Positions 39,435-49,837 of a DNA stretch of 64,000 nucleotides are shown here, piece by piece. This DNA comes from Actinomycetota bacterium (lineage in GTDB: Bacteria; Actinomycetota; Actinomycetes; Mycobacteriales; Pseudonocardiaceae). The stretch's first letter is position 1; every line of letters begins with the position of its first letter. The notes beneath the pieces were generated by a model that was not told the origin of the DNA, ran no database searches, and was given only the letters and a program-made list of their open reading frames with translations. The stretch lies in NCBI GenBank assembly GCA_021324675.1, contig JAJPIR010000146.1, positions 6,298 through 70,297 on the forward strand, written 5' to 3'. The translations under genes and the position numbers were made by a program.

Positions 39435-40784
39435 GTGCGGCTTACCGGACTGGACACGGCTTTCCTGCGCCTGGACCGCGAGGCATCGCCGATGCATCTC
39501 GGGGCATTGGCGACTTTCCGGCCGGCCAATCTAGGCGATCCTGGGCGGGTGGCCGCGTTGCTGGCAGAGCGCGCCCTGCGCCTACCCCAGCTGCGCCGCC
39601 GAGTAGAGCCATCCTGGAACCCGTTTGCCGCACCAACGTGGGCTGATGATCCCGGATTCTGCGCCAAGGATCACATCCAGGTACACCAGCTCGAACGCCA
39701 CGCTGGCCTCGACGGCGCAGCCGCATTGGCTGCCGAGCTGCTGGTTCATCCATTGATGCGAAATCGTCCCTTGTGGGAATTGCATGTCATCGCAGGCGGT
39801 GATTGGGATTGTTTTGCGGTGCTGTTCAAGATGCACCATGCGTTCGGGGATGGAGTCACTGCGCTAGGAATTGGCATGCGGCTACTGGATGGGTTCCCAG
39901 GACATCCCGGTGTACCTGGTAGCGAGTACGGGGGCCACGGCATGTCACCTGCTCCCGAGGCCGGTGTGGGGCACGCATGGCACCAGCCCGGTGACGTGCG
40001 CAGGATAATCGAGGACGTCGTGGGCCGGTTAGGAAACGTGGCAGGCGCTGCGGCGGCGGTACTGCGCAGTGCTCGATTGCCGGTGCCGTGGTCGCCACTG
40101 GTGGTTTGGTCATCAGGACGGCGGGCGATGGCGGTGGTGTCGCTGAGTCTGCAGCCGGTACGCCGGATCCGGCGAGCGTACGGCGGCACGGTCAATGATG
40201 TCCTGCTGTCGGTGGTGACCGGCGCGTTGCGGGATTGGCTCGTGGGCCGCGGCAACCAGGTCGACGGGTTGATCCTTCGGGCGTTCATCCCGGTCAGCCA
40301 ACGGTCTGCGGCTGGGCAGTTTATCGGGGGAAACCGACTCTCGGGTTACCTGTGCGACTTACCAGTGGGTGAGCCTGATCCCATTGAACGGCTGGTTCAG
40401 GTCCAGCGCGCGATGGCGCGCAACAGGGCTGCCGGTAGCAGTCGCAGCCCCGGTGCGATACCGGAATTGGCTGACCGGTTACCGGCCGCGGTGCACCGAA
40501 TAGCCACTCCAGTGGCGGGTCAGTTTGCCTCATTGCTGTTCGACCTGATGGTGACCAGCATTCCAGTGCCTAATGTCTCGTTGGCGCTTGATGGTGCCAA
40601 GCTGGTAGAGGTTTTTCCCATGGCGCCGCTGGCGGCAGGGCAGGCTCTGGTGATTGGCCTGTCGTGGTATCAGAGCCGCGCGTACGTCGCGCTGCATGCT
40701 GATCGAGATGGACTGCCTGACCTGAAGAGGCTCGCCGGGGCGGTTGAGCCTGCGGCCTATGCGCTGGCCAGTCTCGTGGAGTGA
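39435..40784 (+). CDS. Wax ester synthase / diacylglycerol acyltransferase (WS/DGAT)
   Basis: Active-site HHxxxDG (KMHHAFGDG) and N-terminal LTGLDTAFLRLD. Start set at the GTG at 39435, because the long track ORF extends back across the divergent gene. Confidence 0.8.
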   Translation: MRLTGLDTAFLRLDREASPMHLGALATFRPANLGDPGRVAALLAERALRLPQLRRRVEPSWNPFAAPTWADDPGFCAKDHIQVHQLERHAGLDGAAALAAELLVHPLMRNRPLWELHVIAGGDWDCFAVLFKMHHAFGDGVTALGIGMRLLDGFPGHPGVPGSEYGGHGMSPAPEAGVGHAWHQPGDVRRIIEDVVGRLGNVAGAAAAVLRSARLPVPWSPLVVWSSGRRAMAVVSLSLQPVRRIRRAYGGTVNDVLLSVVTGALRDWLVGRGNQVDGLILRAFIPVSQRSAAGQFIGGNRLSGYLCDLPVGEPDPIERLVQVQRAMARNRAAGSSRSPGAIPELADRLPAAVHRIATPVAGQFASLLFDLMVTSIPVPNVSLALDGAKLVEVFPMAPLAAGQALVIGLSWYQSRAYVALHADRDGLPDLKRLAGAVEPAAYALASLVE

Positions 40785-40858
40785 ATATCTCGGACCGCTC
40801 AGGGCACTTCGGGTGAATGCCGGTGACTCTTTGTGTCTTGCCAAGCTAGGCTCACCGC

Positions 40859-41344
40859 GTGCCAACATACGACGCTACCGCTGTGGATTGCCGGGTATTG
40901 GTCTTTGTCGAGGGAGCGCTGAGCTCGTTCGGCCACGATGCGACGCTGCGGGTAACGAATTTATCCCTCAATGTGGGGGATGACGACGGCATCACTGCTG
41001 ATTTCGATCCCACTTCGTTGCGCGTGGTGGACAACATCTCCGACTCCAACCGTAAGGACATTGAGCGCAACGCCGAAAAGACGCTCGAACCCCGCAAGTA
41101 CCCGAAGATTCAGTTTCGTTCAGTCTCCGTGAAGCGTGATGGTAACCGGGCACACATCGAAGGTGATCTCACCCTGCACGGCGTGACGAATCCGATCTCA
41201 CTCGACGCGCACGATGATGGTCAGCGTTGGACCGCGAAAATCGTCCTGGACCAACGCAAGTTCGGGATCAAGCCGTTCTCCGCAATGCTTGGTGCACTTA
41301 AAATCAAGCCTGATGTCGAGGTGGAGATCAGCATTCCGAGCTGA
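40859..41344 (+). CDS. YceI-like (polyisoprenoid-binding) family protein
   Basis: GDLTLHGVTNPISLDA and KFGIKPFSAMLGALKIKPDVEV are typical of YceI-like lipocalin folds. Confidence 0.7.
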   Translation: MPTYDATAVDCRVLVFVEGALSSFGHDATLRVTNLSLNVGDDDGITADFDPTSLRVVDNISDSNRKDIERNAEKTLEPRKYPKIQFRSVSVKRDGNRAHIEGDLTLHGVTNPISLDAHDDGQRWTAKIVLDQRKFGIKPFSAMLGALKIKPDVEVEISIPS

Positions 41345-42155
41345 CAACCCTGACGCGCGGCGGACGCGGCAGGGTGCTGTGCTCGTGAATGAGGTTTACC
41401 CGCAGCAGGAGATCCCGGTCAGCCAACGTTTGTTCGGGAGTTGCCTCAGCGACGATTCGGTGATCTTCGCTGAAGACGAGGCAACGGTCTGCGATGCGGT
41501 ACAGGATGTCGAGGTCATGCGTGGCATGCACGATCGTCTTGCCGGTGTCCCGGAGTTGCTCGATTAAATCCATCAACCAGTACTGGGTACGTGGATCGAG
41601 CGCAGCGGTCGGCTCGTCGAAGAGCAACACCTCGGGGCCCATGGCGAGAACCGAGGCGATGGCGACCTTCTTCTTCTGGCCACCCGAAAGCTGGTACGGA
41701 GGTCGGTCGAGCAAGTCGGTGATACCGAGCATGGAGGTGACATCCTCTACCCGACCGGCAGTGTCCTCGCGCGACAAGCCAAGTTGGAGGGGACCGAATG
41801 CGATCTCTTCGCGCACTGTGGGGGAGAAGACCTGGGCGTCAGAATTTTGGAAGACCAAGCCAACCCGGGACCGGAAGCCAGCCGACATCTGGACGTCTTC
41901 CAGGGAGTCTTCCGTGACCTCATGACCAAAGGCGCGGTAGGTTCCCTGGGAGGGGAAGAGGAGCCCACCGAGAACTTTCAGCATGGTGGATTTCCCGCAA
42001 CCGTTCGCGCCGAGCAGTGCGACCCGTTCACCGCGCCGGATCTCGACCGATACATCGTTGAGCGCGGGATAACGGTCGAGATAGTAATAGTGCAGCCCGG
42101 TCACCACGATAATCGACTCGTCGGCGAGTTCGGTGGAGTCACGTTCAATGGCCAA
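41328..42155 (-). CDS. cbiO: ECF/cobalt-nickel transporter ATPase component
   Basis: Walker A GANGCGKST, signature LSGGQKKKV and Walker B VLLFDEPT. Overlaps the CbiQ gene. Confidence 0.85.
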   Translation of the reverse strand: MAIERDSTELADESIIVVTGLHYYYLDRYPALNDVSVEIRRGERVALLGANGCGKSTMLKVLGGLLFPSQGTYRAFGHEVTEDSLEDVQMSAGFRSRVGLVFQNSDAQVFSPTVREEIAFGPLQLGLSREDTAGRVEDVTSMLGITDLLDRPPYQLSGGQKKKVAIASVLAMGPEVLLFDEPTAALDPRTQYWLMDLIEQLRDTGKTIVHATHDLDILYRIADRCLVFSEDHRIVAEATPEQTLADRDLLLRVNLIHEHSTLPRPPRVRVVSSEC

Positions 42156-43104
42156 GAATGTGGTCTCCGATCATGATCGCCGCAGCGAAGATGACCACGG
42201 CGAGCACATAGTAAACATCGCCGATGTGCAAACGTTGTTGCTCCAATGTTTTGACGTCGCCGCGGAAACCACGTGCAGTCATGGCCTGATGTACCTCTTC
42301 GGAGAGCTGATTCGCTTTGCCGAGCAATGCGCCCACGCTGGCACCGACGAATGCGCGGGCTGCGCGATCGTGCCGGACAATCCCTGGGGTGCGCGCCTGG
42401 CGTGCCTGATACATATCCGTCACCGACGTCAACAGCAGGAAGATATAGCGATAGGCCATTCCGATGATCAGGATGAAGATTCGCGGCACACCTAAACTGC
42501 GCAGTGCCGCGAGCAGCCGGATCCATGGTGTGGTCAACGTCAGTAAGACCACCAGGGAGATCGAGACTGCGACCCGAGCCACCACCCGTCCTGCGGCGAC
42601 GAGTCCCTGCTGGGTAATCCCTTGCGGACTGCCGTGCCAGTGCCACAGGGTCAACACGATGTCGCCTGGGGTCACTACCGACAGGATCGCCGGGAGTACC
42701 ACGATGCCGGTGAAGGCGGGCACGAACAGCCATACCCGCTTGACGAAAAACCCCACCGGTAACGCGGAGGCGGACGCGAGCGCCAGCGTGGCTGCGTACA
42801 TCGCGCCGAGCATGATCATTGAGTGGCTCAGTCCGGCAACGACAAGCAAACCCAGCAGGCTCAGCAACTTGACCCGAGGGTCTACCCGTTGCATCAAGCC
42901 ACGTGCTTTGGCGACGTCCTCGCCGAACATCACCTGCTGGAGCAGCTTGGAGCCACCTTGAATGGTCTTGGCAAGATAACTGCCCTTCTTACGCTTGCCG
43001 ATGCATCCGCAGGGACACATCGCCATGTCGTGCTGTAGTAGCCACGCCGGCACGGCCAGGCGGTCGCGGGCGGGGGTGGCCGCGCTGGCTGCTGCCCTGG
43101 TCAT
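42145..43104 (-). CDS. cbiQ: ECF transporter transmembrane (T) component CbiQ with a Cys-rich N-terminal extension
   Basis: CbiQ-like TM core with the conserved ARxxR-type loop (MYQARQARTPG). The ATG overlaps the cbiM stop (ATGA), so the ~60-aa extension containing CPCGC is probably translated. Confidence 0.75.
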   Translation of the reverse strand: MTRAAASAATPARDRLAVPAWLLQHDMAMCPCGCIGKRKKGSYLAKTIQGGSKLLQQVMFGEDVAKARGLMQRVDPRVKLLSLLGLLVVAGLSHSMIMLGAMYAATLALASASALPVGFFVKRVWLFVPAFTGIVVLPAILSVVTPGDIVLTLWHWHGSPQGITQQGLVAAGRVVARVAVSISLVVLLTLTTPWIRLLAALRSLGVPRIFILIIGMAYRYIFLLLTSVTDMYQARQARTPGIVRHDRAARAFVGASVGALLGKANQLSEEVHQAMTARGFRGDVKTLEQQRLHIGDVYYVLAVVIFAAAIMIGDHILGH

Positions 43105-44198
43105 GTCCGGACCCGACCCGGCGCCGCTGGATCATTAGCCGAGCCGCGCCGGCCGGCGGCCAGAGCGACGACTTTCGCGAGGGCGTACACCACCGCACCG
43201 ACCGCGAGAATCCCCACAATGGCGGAGATGACATAGCCCACGGCGGGGTGTGTGTCACGGGTGTAGTCATACCCGTTGAAGATCGCGCTGTGCCAGATCC
43301 CGTTGTACTGGTTCAGGCCCTCCGGGATTTTGGACAGCCCGAGCGCGTGGAGGTCGAGGTCCTCGGGAGCGTCCTCACCAAAGGCTCCGCCCGGGGCGAG
43401 CAGACCCAGCGGGGTGAGCACCACGAGCAGGGCCATCACGGCACCAGCGACCACACCCGGGCGTAGCCGAAGCCGGCGCGATCTCCCCGCGGCCGCCGAT
43501 GCCGCGTCGATCGGGACTCCTGGATGATTGACTTTCAGCAGGGGCAGGTTGGCGCGTTGCAGGTAGGCCACCACCGCGGCGGTAACGATGCCCTCGGCGA
43601 TTCCCGCGACCGCTAGATGTGCCAGCAGCATCGCAGGGATCGCCTGCGATAGGTGATATGGCGAGTACAAGGGGGCGCCACTGGCGTCACGGAACAGCAT
43701 GGGTTGGATTCCCAACTCAACGCCCACGCAAAGCGCGGCGGCGGTGAGCCCGATATAGCCGCCGATGAAGCCGGCAACTACCCGGCGTCCGCTGGTCAGG
43801 CTCGCATTACCGGAAATGAGCCGGTAGGCCCCGAATGCGACGAACGGCAACACGATGGCCATGTTCAGCACGTTCGTTCCGTAGGCCAGAACACCTCCAT
43901 CACCGAACAGCAGAGCTTGAAAGGCCAACGCCACGCTGACCGCGATCACGGCCGCCCACGGTCCCAGCAGTATTGCCACCAAGGCCCCGCCCACCGCATG
44001 GGCCGTCGTACCGTCTGGGATCGGCACGTTGAACATCATGATCAGGAAGCACACCGCGGCCAGCACTGCCAGTGTCGGCACATGGCGTGTCCTCACCCGT
44101 TTGTGGACCCGGGCTGCCGCTGTCGCCATGACCGGTACCGCGACCGCAAAGCCGACCGCGCAGGTCTGCGGGCTCAGGTAACCATCCGGTATGTGCAC
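43101..44198 (-). CDS. cbiM: CbiM/NikM substrate-capture component fused to a PDGLE (CbiN-like) domain
   Basis: N-terminal MHIPDGYLS (the metal-ligating N-terminus of CbiM/NikM) and multiple TM helices. C-terminal ...PEGLNQYNG... followed by a TM anchor. Confidence 0.8.
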   Translation of the reverse strand: MHIPDGYLSPQTCAVGFAVAVPVMATAAARVHKRVRTRHVPTLAVLAAVCFLIMMFNVPIPDGTTAHAVGGALVAILLGPWAAVIAVSVALAFQALLFGDGGVLAYGTNVLNMAIVLPFVAFGAYRLISGNASLTSGRRVVAGFIGGYIGLTAAALCVGVELGIQPMLFRDASGAPLYSPYHLSQAIPAMLLAHLAVAGIAEGIVTAAVVAYLQRANLPLLKVNHPGVPIDAASAAAGRSRRLRLRPGVVAGAVMALLVVLTPLGLLAPGGAFGEDAPEDLDLHALGLSKIPEGLNQYNGIWHSAIFNGYDYTRDTHPAVGYVISAIVGILAVGAVVYALAKVVALAAGRRGSANDPAAPGRVRT

Positions 44199-44327
44199 GG
44201 GCTACCCCTACGGATCATCGGCACAGCTGCGAAACTACTGTTAATGCAACTTACGCGCAGCAGAGCGACTCGCCCGGGCTCCCGAACGGATTACCCTCCT
44301 TTGGAGCAGCCGAGTATCACCTTGTGT

Positions 44328-45521
44328 TCACCTATCGTCGACGGCGCGCGGTATACGGGGGTTGAGTGCGCCGGTTACCAAACGCCGGCGCAACCACCAC
44401 GGGGACGCAGCAAACAAGGCGGCCATCGCCGCAGCGCTGCCTTGGACGTCCTCACGACCGGTGAGATAGGCCCAACGATGCCGCGCGGAAAGCGCGAAAA
44501 ACACATCGAAGAACTCCGGAACGAGTCCTGGTGGGATGCGCAGCAGGGACTCCAGGCTTCGCCGTCGCAATGCATGTACCGCCAGCGCGGCCGGGCTCCA
44601 CACCGCGCGCCAGGCCGCGGCTCCCGCCGCTGCGGAGCCGCCGCGCTGCAGCGCATCGCGCACGGCGGCGGCCACCCGAGGGGCCAGCTGCAGCGCCGTG
44701 GCCACGCTGTAGCCGGTAGCCGGATGCACCAGCGGGCTTGCCGCGCCGAACGGCACCACCGGTCCCCGCCAGTCGCCAGGTGCCGGCAGCGGTCGGTCCA
44801 CCGGGATGCGCACCCTCTCCTCGCCGTTGGTGGGCACCGCAATGCCGTGGTACGCCAGCCGGGCATGCAGCCGGCGCCGTAGCGTTGCCAGCCCGAGGCC
44901 AGGCCGCCGGGCCAATGACGTCTCCTCCAGCAGCACCTGATCGGCCGTCACCGGCACCCCGTACAGGAATGTCGGCCATCCCGCCTCACCATGGTGTGGC
45001 CGCCAATCCATGAATAAGGCAGTGCCCGGAGCCACCAATTTGCGGGCGGCGTCGGTATCCACCAGCACCCCGACCGCGGTCTGCTCCGCGGATGCGCCGC
45101 GGGAACTGACGCCGAGCACCGAGCGTGCCGCGCCGGTGGCGTCCAGGACGACTGCAGCGCGACGTTGCCCGCCGGTCACGTCGACGGTGACACCCTGCGG
45201 ATCCGGTCGGGCGGTGCGTACCCGTCCCTTGATGACGGTGACCGGCGAGCTGGCGAATCCATCCCGCAGCACGGTGTTGTTCAGCACCACGTATTCCCAT
45301 CCCAGGTGGTGTGTGGTGGTGCCGATCGCCTCGCCACGGCCGGCCGTAGCCACCGCGGCGTCTGTCTCGGCTGGCAGCTCGGCCCGCCAGGACCCGTAGG
45401 TAGCCCGCCACGGCCGATCGGGTGCAAGATCTACCAACTCGGTGGCCAGGCCCAGGCGCGCGCACGCTGCGGCTGCCGCCCATCCCGCCGGACCGCCTCC
45501 CGCCACCAGGACATCGATCAC
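44328..45521 (-). CDS. Lycopene cyclase-family / FAD-dependent flavoprotein
   Basis: N-terminal DVLVAGGGPAGWAAAAACARLGL dinucleotide-binding motif. Size and pattern resemble CrtY-type lycopene cyclase-family proteins. Substrate unknown. Confidence 0.55.
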   Translation of the reverse strand: MIDVLVAGGGPAGWAAAAACARLGLATELVDLAPDRPWRATYGSWRAELPAETDAAVATAGRGEAIGTTTHHLGWEYVVLNNTVLRDGFASSPVTVIKGRVRTARPDPQGVTVDVTGGQRRAAVVLDATGAARSVLGVSSRGASAEQTAVGVLVDTDAARKLVAPGTALFMDWRPHHGEAGWPTFLYGVPVTADQVLLEETSLARRPGLGLATLRRRLHARLAYHGIAVPTNGEERVRIPVDRPLPAPGDWRGPVVPFGAASPLVHPATGYSVATALQLAPRVAAAVRDALQRGGSAAAGAAAWRAVWSPAALAVHALRRRSLESLLRIPPGLVPEFFDVFFALSARHRWAYLTGREDVQGSAAAMAALFAASPWWLRRRLVTGALNPRIPRAVDDR

Positions 45522-45554
45522 AAGTGCACGCTACGCGGGGGTAACGTGCCGCTC

Positions 45555-46271
45555 ATGAGCCGCGTCCGGGAACTTGCCGGTGGGGGACGCGCGGTGGAGG
45601 TGGACCCGGAGCGGCTGGCGAGATTTCTCGCGCGCTTCGCCGCCGATCACGGCGGTGCGCTGGCCACCACAGCGAAGGCGTGGCAAGTAGATGTGATCGC
45701 CGCTGACGGGTGGATGGCCGCTATGCCGGTCCCATTTGGCCCGTTAACGGGATCGACCGGGCAGCGGTCCGGTCTGGTGGTGGATGACCTGGTCGACCAC
45801 GCCTTGGCAGTGCGCACGATTGGATTGCTGCTAGTTCGCCTCGGTGGGTACAGCGTGGGAATCGCCCGCGCGGGGATTGTGCTGTCTTCCCACACCGGTA
45901 GCCGGCTGGTCCACGGGCGTAGCGCGGCAGGCGGGCAGTCCCAGCAGCGATTTGCCCGGCGACGCGAAGGCCAAGCACGGATGGCTCTGCGTGCTGCGGC
46001 CGACGCCGCGGCACGCGTACTGCTACCCCGTGCCGCGGAGCTGGACGGCGTCGTTCTCGGTGGCGACAGTGCAGCGTTGCGCACCGTGACTGCCGACCCT
46101 CGGTTGATCGGTTTACGCGAACGCATACAGCCCCGTGTACTGGCCGTTGCTGAGCCACGCCGCGCAGTGCTTGACGAGGCTGCCCGGCGGGCTCGGTGCA
46201 TCGAGGTGCAGCTGGTGAAGCGCCAGCAGGGTGGAGGAGCAGCCACGGCATCCCCTGGAGACCGTGGCTAA
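45555..46271 (+). CDS. eRF1-like (Vms1/VLRF1-type) putative peptidyl-tRNA hydrolase with an intact GGQ loop
   Basis: VHGRSAAGGQSQQRFARRREGQ closely mimics the eRF1 catalytic loop HGRGGQSALRFARLR. 238 aa. ATG at 45555. Confidence 0.6.
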   Translation: MSRVRELAGGGRAVEVDPERLARFLARFAADHGGALATTAKAWQVDVIAADGWMAAMPVPFGPLTGSTGQRSGLVVDDLVDHALAVRTIGLLLVRLGGYSVGIARAGIVLSSHTGSRLVHGRSAAGGQSQQRFARRREGQARMALRAAADAAARVLLPRAAELDGVVLGGDSAALRTVTADPRLIGLRERIQPRVLAVAEPRRAVLDEAARRARCIEVQLVKRQQGGGAATASPGDRG

Positions 46272-46398
46272 TCCAGATGCGGTCACTAGGTAGGATGGAC
46301 TCCGTGGTCGCGACAAGCTGATGTGCTGCTGGCCCCGCGCGCCACCGCGCTCGGGGAATCGACCCCTGGTCGGCGACCACTTTTTGGAGTCACCTCAC

Positions 46399-48024
<1,626 letters not shown>

Positions 48025-48231
48025 ATCGTGACCTTCTGGCTACCGAGCGTACTCGTAACCTGCTAACCGATTGCTTTGTCGTTTTTGTCGCTATATTGAG
48101 CATCTGAGCCCGCTGCGGGTACCGCTCACAGATCCACCCGGAGATCGTCTAGCGGAGATCGCTAACGTGGTCGATCATTGCCGCAAGAGCTGTGACCGGC
48201 TCTTCTGCTATCGGAAGAAAGGCGTTTCGAG

Positions 48232-48441
48232 GTGGCCGACCTGAAAAAAGGCAGCCGGATCACCGGTGTGGCCCGGGACAAGCTGGCATCCGAGCTGAAG
48301 AAGAAGTACGAGAAGGGAGCCAGCATCCGGGCGTTGGCTGAGTCAACTGGACGCTCGTACGGCTTTGTCCACCGGGTGCTTTCGGAGTCCGGTGTGACGC
48401 TGCGTGGTCGTGGCGGCGCTACCCGTACGAAGAAGAAGTAG
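48232..48441 (+). CDS. Small helix-turn-helix protein (Rv1473A-like)
   Basis: 69 aa. GASIRALAESTGRSYGFVHRVLSESG is an HTH. Lys/Arg-rich tail. GGAAGAAAGG upstream. Confidence 0.7.
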   Translation: MADLKKGSRITGVARDKLASELKKKYEKGASIRALAESTGRSYGFVHRVLSESGVTLRGRGGATRTKKK

Positions 48442-48455
48442 AGTTCCGGCCAGCG

Positions 48456-48532
48456 CCCTTGCCCCGACATGGAGACATATCGGGTGTAGCGAAGCCTCCT
48501 GATTCTGTTATGTCTCCATGTCGGGGCAAGGG
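48456..48532. terminator. Perfect 24-bp inverted repeat (copy B of the 64-nt palindromic element) between convergent genes
   Basis: cccttgccccgacatggagacata (48456..48479) pairs perfectly with tatgtctccatgtcggggcaaggg (48509..48532), with a 29-nt loop. Lies between the HTH gene stop (48441) and the soxR stop (48538). Confidence 0.7.
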
Positions 48533-48537
48533 AGGCA

Positions 48538-49056
48538 CTAGGCGAGGCCGTTAGTGGATGAACGCGCGTTCCGGGACCGTTGCTGTCCGCTCTCTGCATC
48601 AATGGAGCGGCGCAGGGCGTGCGGCAGGTAACGGGCACCAGCGCCGTAGCTGGCGGCCTTGTCGTTGGGGTTGGACAGCCTGCACCGCCGCAGCGACAGG
48701 CAACCGCAGCCGATGCACGAGGTCAGCCCATCCCGCAGGGCGGTAAGCCCGGCAATCTGTTCGTCAAGCCGGTTACGCCAGGAACGGGACAACCGTGCCC
48801 AATCCGCTGTGGTGGGTGTGCGCTGCGCCGGCAAAGTGCCTAGTGCGGTGGAGATCTCTTGCAGCGACAGCCCGACATTCTGCGCGGCACGGATGAAGGC
48901 CAGCCGTCGCAGCATGTTGCGCGGGTAACGCCGCTGGCCGCCCGAGGTGCGGACAGCGCTGATCAGCCCGCGCCGCTCGTAGTACCGCAGCGCCGAGGGC
49001 GCCAGCCCGGCACGGCTGGCTATCTCACCTATCGGTAACAGGTCAGTGTTGTCCAT
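48538..49056 (-). CDS. soxR: Redox-sensitive MerR-family regulator SoxR
   Basis: MerR HTH (LPIGEIASRAGLAPSALRYYERRGLI) and the [2Fe-2S] cluster motif CIGCGCLSLRRC. Start at the ATG at 49056 (MDNTDLL). Confidence 0.9.
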   Translation of the reverse strand: MDNTDLLPIGEIASRAGLAPSALRYYERRGLISAVRTSGGQRRYPRNMLRRLAFIRAAQNVGLSLQEISTALGTLPAQRTPTTADWARLSRSWRNRLDEQIAGLTALRDGLTSCIGCGCLSLRRCRLSNPNDKAASYGAGARYLPHALRRSIDAESGQQRSRNARSSTNGLA

Positions 49057-49073
49057 GCGCCTCGAACCCGTCC

Positions 49074-49096
49074 CTTGACCTGAAGTTAGGTTCAAG
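49074..49096. promoter_or_regulatory. Putative SoxR box overlapping the divergent promoter
   Basis: CTTGACCTGAAGTTAGGTTCAAG is an imperfect palindrome (CTTGACCT / AGGTTCAAG). It contains a TTGACC -35 hexamer followed by TTACAT, in the soxR-SDR intergenic region. Confidence 0.55.
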
Positions 49097-49111
49097 TTAC
49101 ATGCTCGCGGC

Positions 49112-49837
49112 ATGACGCAGGACAGAGCAGTCCAGACCATGCGGGTTGCTGTGGTCACCGGCGGAAGTCGCGGGCTGGGTCGGGCATTCACCATAAGCCT
49201 CGCGCGCCGCGGTTGGCATGTAGTGATCGACGCCCGTGAACCCGTGCAACTCACTCAGACCGTTGCTGAGATCGGGATCCCGCACGCGGTGACAGCGATA
49301 CCTGGAGATGTCAGTGACCCTCACCATCGTGTGCAGCTCGCCGGGATGGCGAACGCAGTAGGTGGCGTCGACTTGCTCGTGAACAACGCCAGCGTGCTGG
49401 GTCTGAGCCCGCAACCCGGCCTCGCCGACTATCCCCTCAACGTGCTTGAGCACGTCTACGCAGTAAATACCCTGGCCCCCCTGGCACTGATCCAGCTACT
49501 ACTGCCGCAGCTTGTCCGCCGCGGTGGGCGGGTGGTCAATGTCTCGTCGGACGCAGCAGTGCAGCCATACCCGGGATGGGGTGGCTACGGCTCGACCAAG
49601 GCAGCGCTGGAACAGCTCACCGCGGTGCTTGCGGTGGAGCACCCACAACTGCGGATCTATGCCTTTGACCCAGGCGACATGGCCACCGATCTGCATCAGC
49701 AGGCATTCCCACACGAGAACATCAGCGATCGACCGTCGCCAGACAGCGTTGTACCAGCGCTGCTGGCGCTGGCCGAAGCGGACCTTCCCAGCGGCCGGTA
49801 CCGGACAGCAGATCTCATGGCGGGAATAGGCCGATGA
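49112..49837 (+). CDS. Short-chain dehydrogenase/reductase (SDR)
   Basis: VVTGGSRGLGRA (TGxxxGxG), NNAS and the YxxxK region (YGSTKAALE). Divergent from soxR. Confidence 0.85.
   Translation: MTQDRAVQTMRVAVVTGGSRGLGRAFTISLARRGWHVVIDAREPVQLTQTVAEIGIPHAVTAIPGDVSDPHHRVQLAGMANAVGGVDLLVNNASVLGLSPQPGLADYPLNVLEHVYAVNTLAPLALIQLLLPQLVRRGGRVVNVSSDAAVQPYPGWGGYGSTKAALEQLTAVLAVEHPQLRIYAFDPGDMATDLHQQAFPHENISDRPSPDSVVPALLALAEADLPSGRYRTADLMAGIGR

Noticed and set aside
44199-44327. Possible cobalamin or NiCo riboswitch upstream of cbiM
   Set aside because: The spacer is only ~130 nt. Reading the minus strand, I could not find the B12 box (GCCACTG-like core) or the conserved GGTG...AA...CC elements. It is also too short for a cobalamin aptamer plus expression platform.
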